DNA from: Chthoniobacterales bacterium
Lineage (GTDB): Bacteria > Verrucomicrobiota > Verrucomicrobiia > Chthoniobacterales > Chthoniobacteraceae
Direction of reading: 5' to 3'
Assembly: GCA_038207335.1 (NCBI GenBank)
Contig: JBBQZX010000018.1
Coordinates: 32,001 to 96,000 of the forward strand
Length of the DNA: 64,000 nt
Positions 56,036-64,000 of the stretch are shown here, one piece after another. The stretch's first letter is position 1, and the number at the start of each line of letters is the position of its first letter. The translations under genes and the position numbers were made by a program. Under the pieces are notes generated by a model. It saw only the letters and a list, made by a program, of their open reading frames with translations. It searched no databases and had not been told where the DNA came from.

Positions 56036-58258
56036 ATGAGCGCGACCGCTGCCGCAGCCCCGGAGCCGATCTCCCCGCCACCTCCGCCGCAGCAGGAGAA
56101 CATCGTCCTGCCAGCGCTTCGCGGCGATCTAGTCGTCAACAAGCAGCTTTACGAGGGCCGCAGTTACTACGTCGTCAAGGACCCGATCTCGCTCCAATAT
56201 TTCCGCATGACGGCGGAGGATTATTTCCTCGCCACGCTTTTCGACGGACGCCGCACATTCGGACAAATCCGCGACCTCTACCTCCAGCGCTACCCGCACG
56301 TCCGGCTCGACTACGACCCGGAGGAGCTGAACGAGCGCGTGCTGCGCTTCGCAAACGACCTCGCTTTGATGCAATTTTTGAGCGTTCAGGGGATGCGCGT
56401 GAAAGCGCGGCTCGACGCCGCGAAGACCCGAAAGAAATCGAAAGGCGGCCTCTACAATCTCGCGAACCAGGTCTTCTTTTTCCGCTTCTCGCTTTTTGAT
56501 CCCGACAAGATTTTTGGCCGGATGGCCAAGCCGGTCTGGTGGGTCTGGACACAGCCGGTGCTCTGGATTTCCTGCGCGCTCATCGCCGCCGCAGTCGTCG
56601 TTTTCATCCGCAACTCGGAGGGGCTCGACCAAGCGCTCGCGAATCTTTTCCACTGGGAAAATATCGCGCTCATGTGGGTCAGCACGATCGTCGTGAAATC
56701 GATTCACGAGCTCGGCCACGGGCTCACGTGCAAGCACTTCGGCGGCGAGGTCCACGAGGTCGGCTTCATGGCGCTCGTCTTCACGCCCTATTTTTTCGTG
56801 AACGTCAGCGACACATGGACCATGTCGAATCGCAAGCACCGGATGCTCGTCTCGGCTGCGGGCATTTACGTCGAGCTCATCTTCGCCGCCTTCGCCGTCT
56901 TTTTATGGGCAGTTATCCAGCCCGGCTGGCTGCACAATTTCCTCTTTAACATCATCATCATCACGTCGGTCTCGACGATCATGTTCAACGCGAACCCGCT
57001 CATGCGGTTCGACGGATACTACATCCTAACCGACCTCATCGAGGTGCCAAACCTGCAGGGCAAAGCGCGCGCGCTCATCCAGCACCAGTTCAATCAACTG
57101 CTCTTCGGCCACAGCTCGAAGGACGCCGTCCTCTCCCGGATGCCGCTCCCGCGCCGCCGCTTCGCGCTCTTTTACACCTACGCCGTGCTCTCGTGGATTT
57201 ACGGCTACTGGGTCATCTACAAGCTCATCGTTTTCATGAAGCCGCACCTCCAGCCGCTCGGCCTCGAGGGGCTCTCGGACTGGTTCGCCGGCCTCGCGCT
57301 CGTCTCGTGGATTCTGCTGCCCATCGTTGGATTTTTCAAAACCATGCACCTCACGAAACAAGACTGGAAGCCGCACGGACGCCTGCGCCGCCTCTCCGCC
57401 ATCGGCCTCGTCGCGGTCGGAATCTTCGGTGCCGCCTGCTTTCTTCCGGTCAATTTGAAAATCAAACGCGTCGGCGCGGTGGAGCTCGCCGAGCCCGAGC
57501 AGGTGCGCCCGGAGGTCCCGGGATTCGTGGAGGAAATTTACGTGAAAGAGGGCGATCACGTCACCGCCGGGCAGCCGCTCGCTAAGCTCGGAAACCGCGA
57601 ACTTTCGCAAAGTCTCAACTCAGTCGAGAACCGCGTGAAAGTCTCGAAGGCAATGGTCGCGCGCGCGCTTGGAATGGAAAAACCGGCGGAGCTGAAACAG
57701 GCTCAGAATCTGCAAGCAGGCCACGCCGCGAAGTTCGAGGAAGCGCAGCGAGACGTGGAAAGTCTCACGCTTCGCGCGCGCACGACGGGCACCGTTCTCA
57801 CGCGCGACATCGACAAGAAACTCGGCCATTTGCTGAGGGGTAACGAGCTCTTCTGCGAAATCGCGGCGCTCGACCCGATGCGGATCAAAATCGCATTGAA
57901 TGAGAAGCAGGTTCGTTACGTGAAGCGTGGGCAAAAGGTGGTGCTTAAGGTGAATGCCTACCCCGACAAAACGCTCCACGGCACGGTCGCGGAAGACCCG
58001 ATCATGTTTTTTGGCGAGTCGATTCCCGCCGCTTTTTCAGCGCGGCGCTCCGGCGATGTGCCGGTGTATGTCGATGCAAAAGGGCACGACGTGCCGCTCG
58101 AGCGCACCTTCGAGGCGGTCGTGTCGGTTGAGAATTCGGAAGGTCTGCTGCGCCCCGGCATGACCGGCCGCGGCAAGATCGACGCGGGCTCGCGGCTGTG
58201 GGGGCAATTGGTGTTGCAGTCGATTCGCGACCTCGTAAGCCTCGATTACCGTTTTTGA
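56036..58258 (+). CDS. site-2 protease (M50) fused to a PqqD/RRE-like N-terminus and an HlyD C-terminus
   Basis: YVVKDPISLQYFRM N-domain, HELGH, AAGI, NANPLMRFDGYY, VKEGDHVTAGQ, LRPGMTGRGKI. Confidence 0.88.
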   Translation: MSATAAAAPEPISPPPPPQQENIVLPALRGDLVVNKQLYEGRSYYVVKDPISLQYFRMTAEDYFLATLFDGRRTFGQIRDLYLQRYPHVRLDYDPEELNERVLRFANDLALMQFLSVQGMRVKARLDAAKTRKKSKGGLYNLANQVFFFRFSLFDPDKIFGRMAKPVWWVWTQPVLWISCALIAAAVVVFIRNSEGLDQALANLFHWENIALMWVSTIVVKSIHELGHGLTCKHFGGEVHEVGFMALVFTPYFFVNVSDTWTMSNRKHRMLVSAAGIYVELIFAAFAVFLWAVIQPGWLHNFLFNIIIITSVSTIMFNANPLMRFDGYYILTDLIEVPNLQGKARALIQHQFNQLLFGHSSKDAVLSRMPLPRRRFALFYTYAVLSWIYGYWVIYKLIVFMKPHLQPLGLEGLSDWFAGLALVSWILLPIVGFFKTMHLTKQDWKPHGRLRRLSAIGLVAVGIFGAACFLPVNLKIKRVGAVELAEPEQVRPEVPGFVEEIYVKEGDHVTAGQPLAKLGNRELSQSLNSVENRVKVSKAMVARALGMEKPAELKQAQNLQAGHAAKFEEAQRDVESLTLRARTTGTVLTRDIDKKLGHLLRGNELFCEIAALDPMRIKIALNEKQVRYVKRGQKVVLKVNAYPDKTLHGTVAEDPIMFFGESIPAAFSARRSGDVPVYVDAKGHDVPLERTFEAVVSVENSEGLLRPGMTGRGKIDAGSRLWGQLVLQSIRDLVSLDYRF

Positions 58259-58268
58259 TTTCTCCTCG

Positions 58269-60134
58269 ATGCTGACACCCCGCCCGCGCGCGCTCGCGCT
58301 CGCCCTTCTCGCCGCCAGTTTCTGCACCGCCCGTGCGGCCGATCCGGTAAAGCCGCCGACCTTTCGCACCGGCACTTCGCGGCCCGGCAAGACCACGAAA
58401 GGCGCGGGCATTTTCGACGGGAAGCTCATCGAGAAAATCACGTTGCGCGAGGCGATCAACCAGGCGCTGCGCAACAACCTCGACGCCAAATTCGACAACC
58501 TCGGCATCGCTTCGGAACACGCGCGGCTGCGGTTCGAGGCAGGCGTTTTCGACCCGACGTTCAGCATCGATCTAGCGCGGGAATCGCTGCGGCGACCCGA
58601 GAATGCGAACGACTTCACCAGCGTCGAGCAAGTCCGCCAACAGAACCAAATCAACGTTGCGGCCGCGCAAGCCGTCGCGCTCAACAACGTCGCCGCCTCC
58701 AGCGCCGCGCAGACCGCGCTCATCAACGCGCAATTCAACGCCGCCGCCTCGCAGGTTGCCGCGGCCGGTGGAGATCAGCAGCTCGCCGCGCAGCTACAGT
58801 CCGCAGCCAGCGCCAATCTCAACGCCGCCGCCAACGCCTTCAACAGCGCCACGGCCGTCTCGAAGTCGGTCAGCAACAATGCCGGCCTCACGACTTTCAA
58901 CTCCACCATCTTCGACCAGCAGAACGACCGCTTTTCCGCGAACCTCATCCAGCGCACGCCGTGGGGAATGCGCTACGGGGTCTTCGTCGAGTCGAACCGC
59001 CTGCGGAACACCTACAGCGGCGACACGCGCGTGGTTTTTCCCGAATATCAGACGCTCGCGCAGGTGCAGATCGTCCAGCCGCTGCTCAAGGACTTCGGCC
59101 CTGCGGCGAATCTTTCGAATGTCCGCATCGCGCGGATCAGCAAAAAGATCGCGATCCTGACGTGGCAGCAGCGCGTGGAGACGAGCATCCAGTCGGTCAT
59201 GGCGGCTTACTACGACATGATCTTCGGCCTCGCGGACATCGGCGTGAGGCAGGATGCGATCGCGGCGGATGAAAATCTCGCGCACCAAAATCAGCGGCGG
59301 CTCGATGTCGGATTCATGCAGCCCTTCGACGTGCAGCAGGCGCTCGCGCAGGTGTCCCTCGATCAGGAGCAATTGCTCACCGCGAAGAACACGCTCTTCG
59401 AGCGGCAGTTCGCGCTGAAGCGGCTCATCACCGACCGCTTCGAGGTTAACGACGCGCGCATCTTTCTCCCCGTCGCCGAGCCGCCGCTCACGCCGCCGTC
59501 CATCGACCGCTCGTTCTTTTTGCAGCAGGCATTTGCGAATCGCCCCGACTTCCAGCAGGCGCTCGCCGAGGCCGATGCGCAGGACATCCGGCTGCGATTC
59601 GCGCGCAACCAACTCCTCCCGCAGCTCGACCTCGTCGCCACCTACGGGCTCAACGGCCTCACGCAGGGGAGCTCGAGAGACAGCTTCGACCAGGCCTTCG
59701 AGGGGCACACGCCGTCGTGGACAGTCGGGGTCAATTTCCGCGTCCCGCTGGGCAACGTGCAGGCCCGCGCGCAGCTCGCGCTCGTGAAGTCGCAGAAAGA
59801 GCAGGCGATCATCAAAATCAAGCAAAGCGAGCTCGGCATCGGCGTCGATGTGGACACCGTCATCAGCCGCATCGAGGTGAATCAGCAGCGCGTCACCACC
59901 GCGCGCAACACCAGCGCGCTGTACGAGGAAGCCGTCCGCATCGCCTATCGCCGGCTGGATGAAGGGCAGATCTCCAGCTTCGACATCATCGAGCAACAGC
60001 GGCGCCTCTACGACGCTCGCAGCCGCGAGGCCGCCACGCGCGCCGAGCTGAGCAAATCGATCACGCAGCTCTGGCTTGTGACCGGCACGATTCTGGAAAA
60101 GCTCAACATCCGCCTCGACGCCGGACCGCCGTAG
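58269..60134 (+). CDS. TolC-family outer membrane channel
   Basis: Signal peptide, ITLREAINQALRNN, QPLLKDFG, NQLLPQLDL; Ala/Asn/Gln-rich insert. Confidence 0.9.
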   Translation: MLTPRPRALALALLAASFCTARAADPVKPPTFRTGTSRPGKTTKGAGIFDGKLIEKITLREAINQALRNNLDAKFDNLGIASEHARLRFEAGVFDPTFSIDLARESLRRPENANDFTSVEQVRQQNQINVAAAQAVALNNVAASSAAQTALINAQFNAAASQVAAAGGDQQLAAQLQSAASANLNAAANAFNSATAVSKSVSNNAGLTTFNSTIFDQQNDRFSANLIQRTPWGMRYGVFVESNRLRNTYSGDTRVVFPEYQTLAQVQIVQPLLKDFGPAANLSNVRIARISKKIAILTWQQRVETSIQSVMAAYYDMIFGLADIGVRQDAIAADENLAHQNQRRLDVGFMQPFDVQQALAQVSLDQEQLLTAKNTLFERQFALKRLITDRFEVNDARIFLPVAEPPLTPPSIDRSFFLQQAFANRPDFQQALAEADAQDIRLRFARNQLLPQLDLVATYGLNGLTQGSSRDSFDQAFEGHTPSWTVGVNFRVPLGNVQARAQLALVKSQKEQAIIKIKQSELGIGVDVDTVISRIEVNQQRVTTARNTSALYEEAVRIAYRRLDEGQISSFDIIEQQRRLYDARSREAATRAELSKSITQLWLVTGTILEKLNIRLDAGPP

Positions 60135-60155
60135 GCCGCGCAACTCGACGACGCA

Positions 60156-61424
60156 ATGATCATTCGTCGCGCGTTCCTCCAAACCACCGCCGTCGCCGCG
60201 CTCGCCTCGCGACTCCTCGCGGACGACACACGCACGCTGCCGCCGGTGCGCGCGATCACACACGGGCCGAAATTTCATTGGTTCGGGTATTACGACAAAT
60301 TGCAGTTCGACCCAAGCGGGCGATACGTGCTCGGAAATCAGGTCGATTTCGAGCACCGCTCGCCGACGGCGGACGACAAAATTCAGGTCAGCATGGTCGA
60401 TTTGGAGAACGGCGACCAATGGATCGAACTCGGCGAATCGCGCGCCTGGAATTGGCAGCAGGGCTGCATGTTGCAATGGCTCCCGGACTCGGCAAGCGAG
60501 GTCATGTGGAATGATCGCGAGCCGGGCGCGGACGACTTTTGCTGCCACATCCTCGATGTCTTCAACGGAAAAAAGCGGACGCTGCCCCACCCGGTTTACA
60601 ATCTGAGCCCGGAAGCGCGGTGGGGCATCGCGCCGGACTTCCGGCGGCTCAACGACTGCCGCCCCGGGTACGGATATCCGGGCATCGACGACCCGAATCG
60701 CGATGTCGCCGCGCCGGACGACGCGGGGATTTGGAAAATGGACATGGCGACCGGCGCTCGGGCACTCATCATTCCGCTGAGTAAAGCCGCGACGATCCCG
60801 TTTCAGGGCGGCTTCCCGGAAGGTGCGAAGCATTGGTTCAATCACCTGCTTTTCAATCAGGACGGCTCGCGTTTCATCTTCCTCCACCGCTGGCACGGTG
60901 CGAAGGAGCTGAAAGGGAAGTTTTCGACGCGCCTGTTCACTGCGGCGGCGGATGGCAGCGATCTCTTCATCACCGACCCGCGCGGACGCACCTCGCATTT
61001 TGTCTGGCGCGATCCACAGCACATCGCGGCCTTCGCCGGGCATCCGATGAGCGAGGAGGATCGCTTCTATTTGTTCACGGACAGAAGCGACATCGTCGAG
61101 CCGATCGGCCACGACGTGATGATCGTGAACGGCCACAACACCTATCTCCCGCGGCACGGCAACGAGTGGATCCTCAACGACACGTATCCTGACGGGCGCC
61201 GCTTGCAAAATCCATATCTTTTCCACGTCCCGACGGGCCAGCGCACATGGCTCGGGCACTTTTTCTCGCCGCCCAAATACGCCGGCGAATGGCGCTGCGA
61301 CAACCATCCGCGCAGCAACCCGATTGGCACCGCGGTGTGCATCGACTCGCCGCACGGCGGCGGCGGGCGGCAGATGTATTTGATCGACATCCGCGCGCTC
61401 GTCCCGCCGCCGGAGGCGGCGTAA
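60156..61424 (+). CDS. Tat-exported beta-propeller protein (oligogalacturonate lyase/TolB-like)
   Basis: IRRAFLQ Tat-like signal, HWFGYYDK, AWNWQQGCMLQW, RCDNHPR. Confidence 0.7.
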   Translation: MIIRRAFLQTTAVAALASRLLADDTRTLPPVRAITHGPKFHWFGYYDKLQFDPSGRYVLGNQVDFEHRSPTADDKIQVSMVDLENGDQWIELGESRAWNWQQGCMLQWLPDSASEVMWNDREPGADDFCCHILDVFNGKKRTLPHPVYNLSPEARWGIAPDFRRLNDCRPGYGYPGIDDPNRDVAAPDDAGIWKMDMATGARALIIPLSKAATIPFQGGFPEGAKHWFNHLLFNQDGSRFIFLHRWHGAKELKGKFSTRLFTAAADGSDLFITDPRGRTSHFVWRDPQHIAAFAGHPMSEEDRFYLFTDRSDIVEPIGHDVMIVNGHNTYLPRHGNEWILNDTYPDGRRLQNPYLFHVPTGQRTWLGHFFSPPKYAGEWRCDNHPRSNPIGTAVCIDSPHGGGGRQMYLIDIRALVPPPEAA

Positions 61425-61504
61425 CGCGCTAAAACTTTAGCCGCAAAGCGGAAATTGCCGGGTCGAGCACGCCGATCTGGCTCCTGCGACGGAGTCTCGC
61501 CCCA

Positions 61505-62899
61505 TCATGCCACCGGAAGATGCACCGTGAAGATGCTGCCTGCTTCGCGGCTGCTGACTTCGATTTCGCCGCGTTGCGATTCGACGAGGGATTTGCAAAT
61601 CGCGAGGCCGAGGCCCGCGCCGCCGGTGACGCGGTTGCGCGCGGAATCGGCGCGGTAGAATCGCTCGAAGAGGTGGGGCAGATGTTCGGCTGAAATGCCG
61701 GGACCGGTGTCGGCGATGCGGAGGATGGCGGCCCCGTCTTTGTGCTCGGTGCTGACGAGAATCTCATCGCCGGGGCGAATATATTTCACGGCGTTCGTGA
61801 GGAGATTGATGAGAATGCGCTCGATTTTCTCGGGGTCGGCGAGACACGGCGCGGGGTCGAGCGAGGTCTGCATAGTGATGCCGCGCTCGCCTGCGAGGAT
61901 GCGGAATTGGTGGACTTGAGCGCGCGTGATTTCCGCGATGTCGCACCGCTGCAACGGCTCGGAGACGCTGTGGGAATCGAGCACGGACAGCTCGAGGAGT
62001 GATTCAATCAAGGCGCTCATCCGCGTGCCGGAGCGTTGGATGGTCGTGATGATTTCAAGATGCTCCTCGACGCTGCGCGGACGGCTGAGCGCGAGCTGCG
62101 CTTGTGCCAGAATGATCGCGACGGGCGTGCGCAGTTCGTGCGCGGCGTCGGAGGAAAATCGCGTCTGCTGCGCGAAGGCGGCGTCTAGTCGGGTGAACGT
62201 GTGATTCAGAATGGCGGCGAGCTGGCCGAGTTCGCTTCCGGCCTCGGCGACCGGGATTCGCTCATCGAGGTGGCCGTCGGCGATGCGCGCGGCGGCGCCG
62301 CTGATCGCGTCGATGGGCGCGATGGCGCGAGTCGCCACGAGCCAGCCACCAGCAAGGCCGAGAGCGAGAACGATACCACCGAGTGCAGCAAGCCCACCAG
62401 CAAAGCGGCGCATTTCGGAATCGACCGCATCTTCTGAGATGCCCGCCAGCAGACATTCTCCGGGCGGCGTGAAGTGAGCCATTTCACGAAATCCGGCGCG
62501 CGAACGAATGGAATCACCGTCGGGCTCAGGCTCCCGGAGCGGCTCGGGCGCGTGGTCGGATTTGCCGAGCAGGAGCCCGTCGCGGCGCCAAACGGTGTAG
62601 TAGAATGCGGGAGGGCTGGGAGCGAACAGCGCAGCATCCTCAAGGAGCGGTTGAAACTTTTGCGGGTCGTCTTCGGGACGCGGTGGGCGGCGCCCCGGCG
62701 GTTCGTGCTCCGGCCCTCCTCGCTGCAGGCTCGCGGCGAGGCTCTCGATACGGCGGCGCAGCGCATCGTCGAGATGCCGCAGTTCATTTGCCCGCTGGAG
62801 CCGATACGCGACGACGCCAAAGCCGATGAGCACCGCCAGCAAAAGCGCGCCGTGCCAAATCTGGATGCGCCAGCGGATCGAGCGCGGGAGCATTCTCAC
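61505..62899 (-). CDS. sensor histidine kinase (HAMP-HisKA-HATPase)
   Basis: FSSDAAHELRTP, NLLTNAVKY, DTGPGI, FERFYRAD, GAGLGL. Confidence 0.95.
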   Translation of the reverse strand: MRMLPRSIRWRIQIWHGALLLAVLIGFGVVAYRLQRANELRHLDDALRRRIESLAASLQRGGPEHEPPGRRPPRPEDDPQKFQPLLEDAALFAPSPPAFYYTVWRRDGLLLGKSDHAPEPLREPEPDGDSIRSRAGFREMAHFTPPGECLLAGISEDAVDSEMRRFAGGLAALGGIVLALGLAGGWLVATRAIAPIDAISGAAARIADGHLDERIPVAEAGSELGQLAAILNHTFTRLDAAFAQQTRFSSDAAHELRTPVAIILAQAQLALSRPRSVEEHLEIITTIQRSGTRMSALIESLLELSVLDSHSVSEPLQRCDIAEITRAQVHQFRILAGERGITMQTSLDPAPCLADPEKIERILINLLTNAVKYIRPGDEILVSTEHKDGAAILRIADTGPGISAEHLPHLFERFYRADSARNRVTGGAGLGLAICKSLVESQRGEIEVSSREAGSIFTVHLPVA

Positions 62900-63549
62900 A
62901 GGCCGATGCTGTAGCCCTGCCCGCGGTGCGTGGCGATGAAGTCGAAGCCGAGTTTCTTGCGCAGATTTGAGACGTGGACATCGACGAGATTGGAAAGCGG
63001 CGTCTCCGTTTCATCGTGCAGATGCTCGTAAAGCTGGGTGCGCGTGATGATCCGGCGGCGGTGATGCACGAGATACTCGAGCACTGCAAATTCCCGCGCG
63101 CTCAGCGGCACGGCGACCCCGCGAAGGGTCGCCTGCCGTGCGGCAAGATCGACTTCGACTTCGCCGATTTTCACTGACGCCGCAGCCGTGCCGCTGGCGC
63201 GGCGGACGAGTGCGCGCAGCCGTGCGGCGAGTTCGTCGAGATCGACAGGCTTCGCAAGATAATCATCCGCGCCGGTGTCGAGGCCACGGATGCGATCCTT
63301 CACCTGAAGCCGCGCGGTGAGCATGAGCACCGGCGTATTCCTCGTCTCGCGAAGCCGCCGCAGCACCTCGAAGCCGTTCATTTCCGGCAACATCACATCG
63401 AGCACGATCGCGTCGTACTCGACCGATTTGGCTTTGTAGAAACCCTCCTCGCCGTCGCTCGCGGCATCGACGGAATAGCCTTCCTCCCGCATCGCCTGGA
63501 CGATCGTGCGGAGAAAATCGGGCTCGTCTTCGATGATGAGGATGCGCAT
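62896..63549 (-). CDS. OmpR-family response regulator
   Basis: MRILIIEDE, LDVMLP, GADDYLAKP, winged helix VDVHVSNLRKK..RGQGY. Confidence 0.95.
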   Translation of the reverse strand: MRILIIEDEPDFLRTIVQAMREEGYSVDAASDGEEGFYKAKSVEYDAIVLDVMLPEMNGFEVLRRLRETRNTPVLMLTARLQVKDRIRGLDTGADDYLAKPVDLDELAARLRALVRRASGTAAASVKIGEVEVDLAARQATLRGVAVPLSAREFAVLEYLVHHRRRIITRTQLYEHLHDETETPLSNLVDVHVSNLRKKLGFDFIATHRGQGYSIGL

Positions 63550-63589
63550 GGAGGCGGGAGGATCTGGCCGCAAATTTGCAGGCCGATCA

Positions 63590-63666
63590 TTAAGCCAGCG
63601 TGAACGTCGGGCGAAAGTTCACGCGTAATTTTTGCGAGAAAGTTCGCCGCTTTCATGCTGGCTTAA
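63590..63666. promoter_or_regulatory. pair of inverted 15-bp boxes (TTCAYGCTGGCTTAA), putative OmpR-family binding sites
   Basis: TTAAGCCAGCGTGAA at 63590-63604 and TTCATGCTGGCTTAA at 63652-63666 (14/15 inverted match). Confidence 0.6.
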
Positions 63667-63690
63667 TCTTCACCCCCGATGAGTGCGAAT

Positions 63691-64000
63691 ATGAAACTGC
63701 TCCCCCTCTGCGCCGCGCTGGCGCTGGCTTCGACGGCTTTTGCGGACCCGCTGGTTTCTTCGTGGATCACGGGGAATTCGACGAAATACGCGCGGATTTA
63801 CCAGACGGATGCGGCGAAGCTGGCGGGGACGACGGTGGCGACTTGGACGAATGGGCAGCAGAGTCAGGGCAGCCCGGCTTACTGCGGGGTGCAGGAGATC
63901 GCGGCGTCGGCGAGCTGGGTATATGTGCGCTCGACGGGGCTGGGGAGTCACACGATGGGGCCGTGGTACAATGATGCGTCGCGGACGACGGCGTTTGTGA
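63691..64000 (+). CDS. secreted protein, probably YHYH family; partial at the window end
   Basis: Manual translation MKLLPLCAALALASTAFADPLVSSWITGNSTKYARIY...WVYVRSTGLGSHTMGPWY; the YHYH motif itself is not within the window. Confidence 0.6.
   Translation, partial: MKLLPLCAALALASTAFADPLVSSWITGNSTKYARIYQTDAAKLAGTTVATWTNGQQSQGSPAYCGVQEIAASASWVYVRSTGLGSHTMGPWYNDASRTTAFV

Noticed and set aside
58794..61355. 853-aa minus-strand ORF
   Set aside because: Antisense to TolC and the beta-propeller gene; no domain evidence

Overview
GC-rich bacterial chromosome segment, most likely Verrucomicrobiota (Chthoniobacter/Spartobacteria-like). This is inferred from three PEP-CTERM genes, a PVC-type heme CxxCH protein, DUF1080/ThuA proteins and a TIGR02597-like protein. 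In order it holds: a stress/NHEJ block (ligD partial, ku, DUF892, iron permease, cls); a PEP-CTERM + PstS-like secreted-protein unit; gltX; rho with a long N-terminal extension and long leader; a large periplasmic redox and sugar-acid block (flavinylation substrate, ApbE, Gfo/Idh/MocA, DUF1080, LarA-family, SDR, KdgK, DgoD); tRNA-Lys(CTT); a low-GC surface-protein pair next to gspF/gspG; SRP RNA; a CHASE2 / GAF-HlyD / MFP / RRE-M50-HlyD / TolC export operon with no ABC or RND pump; and an OmpR-type two-component system divergent from a YHYH-like gene. No transposase, integrase, phage or CRISPR array was seen. The best candidates for undescribed biology are the pump-less M50/TolC export operon, a kinase-less PVC Ser/Thr-kinase-like protein, the LarA-family sugar-acid epimerase context, and several small unannotated proteins and repeats. 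All family calls come from motif recognition by eye; no database searches were run.
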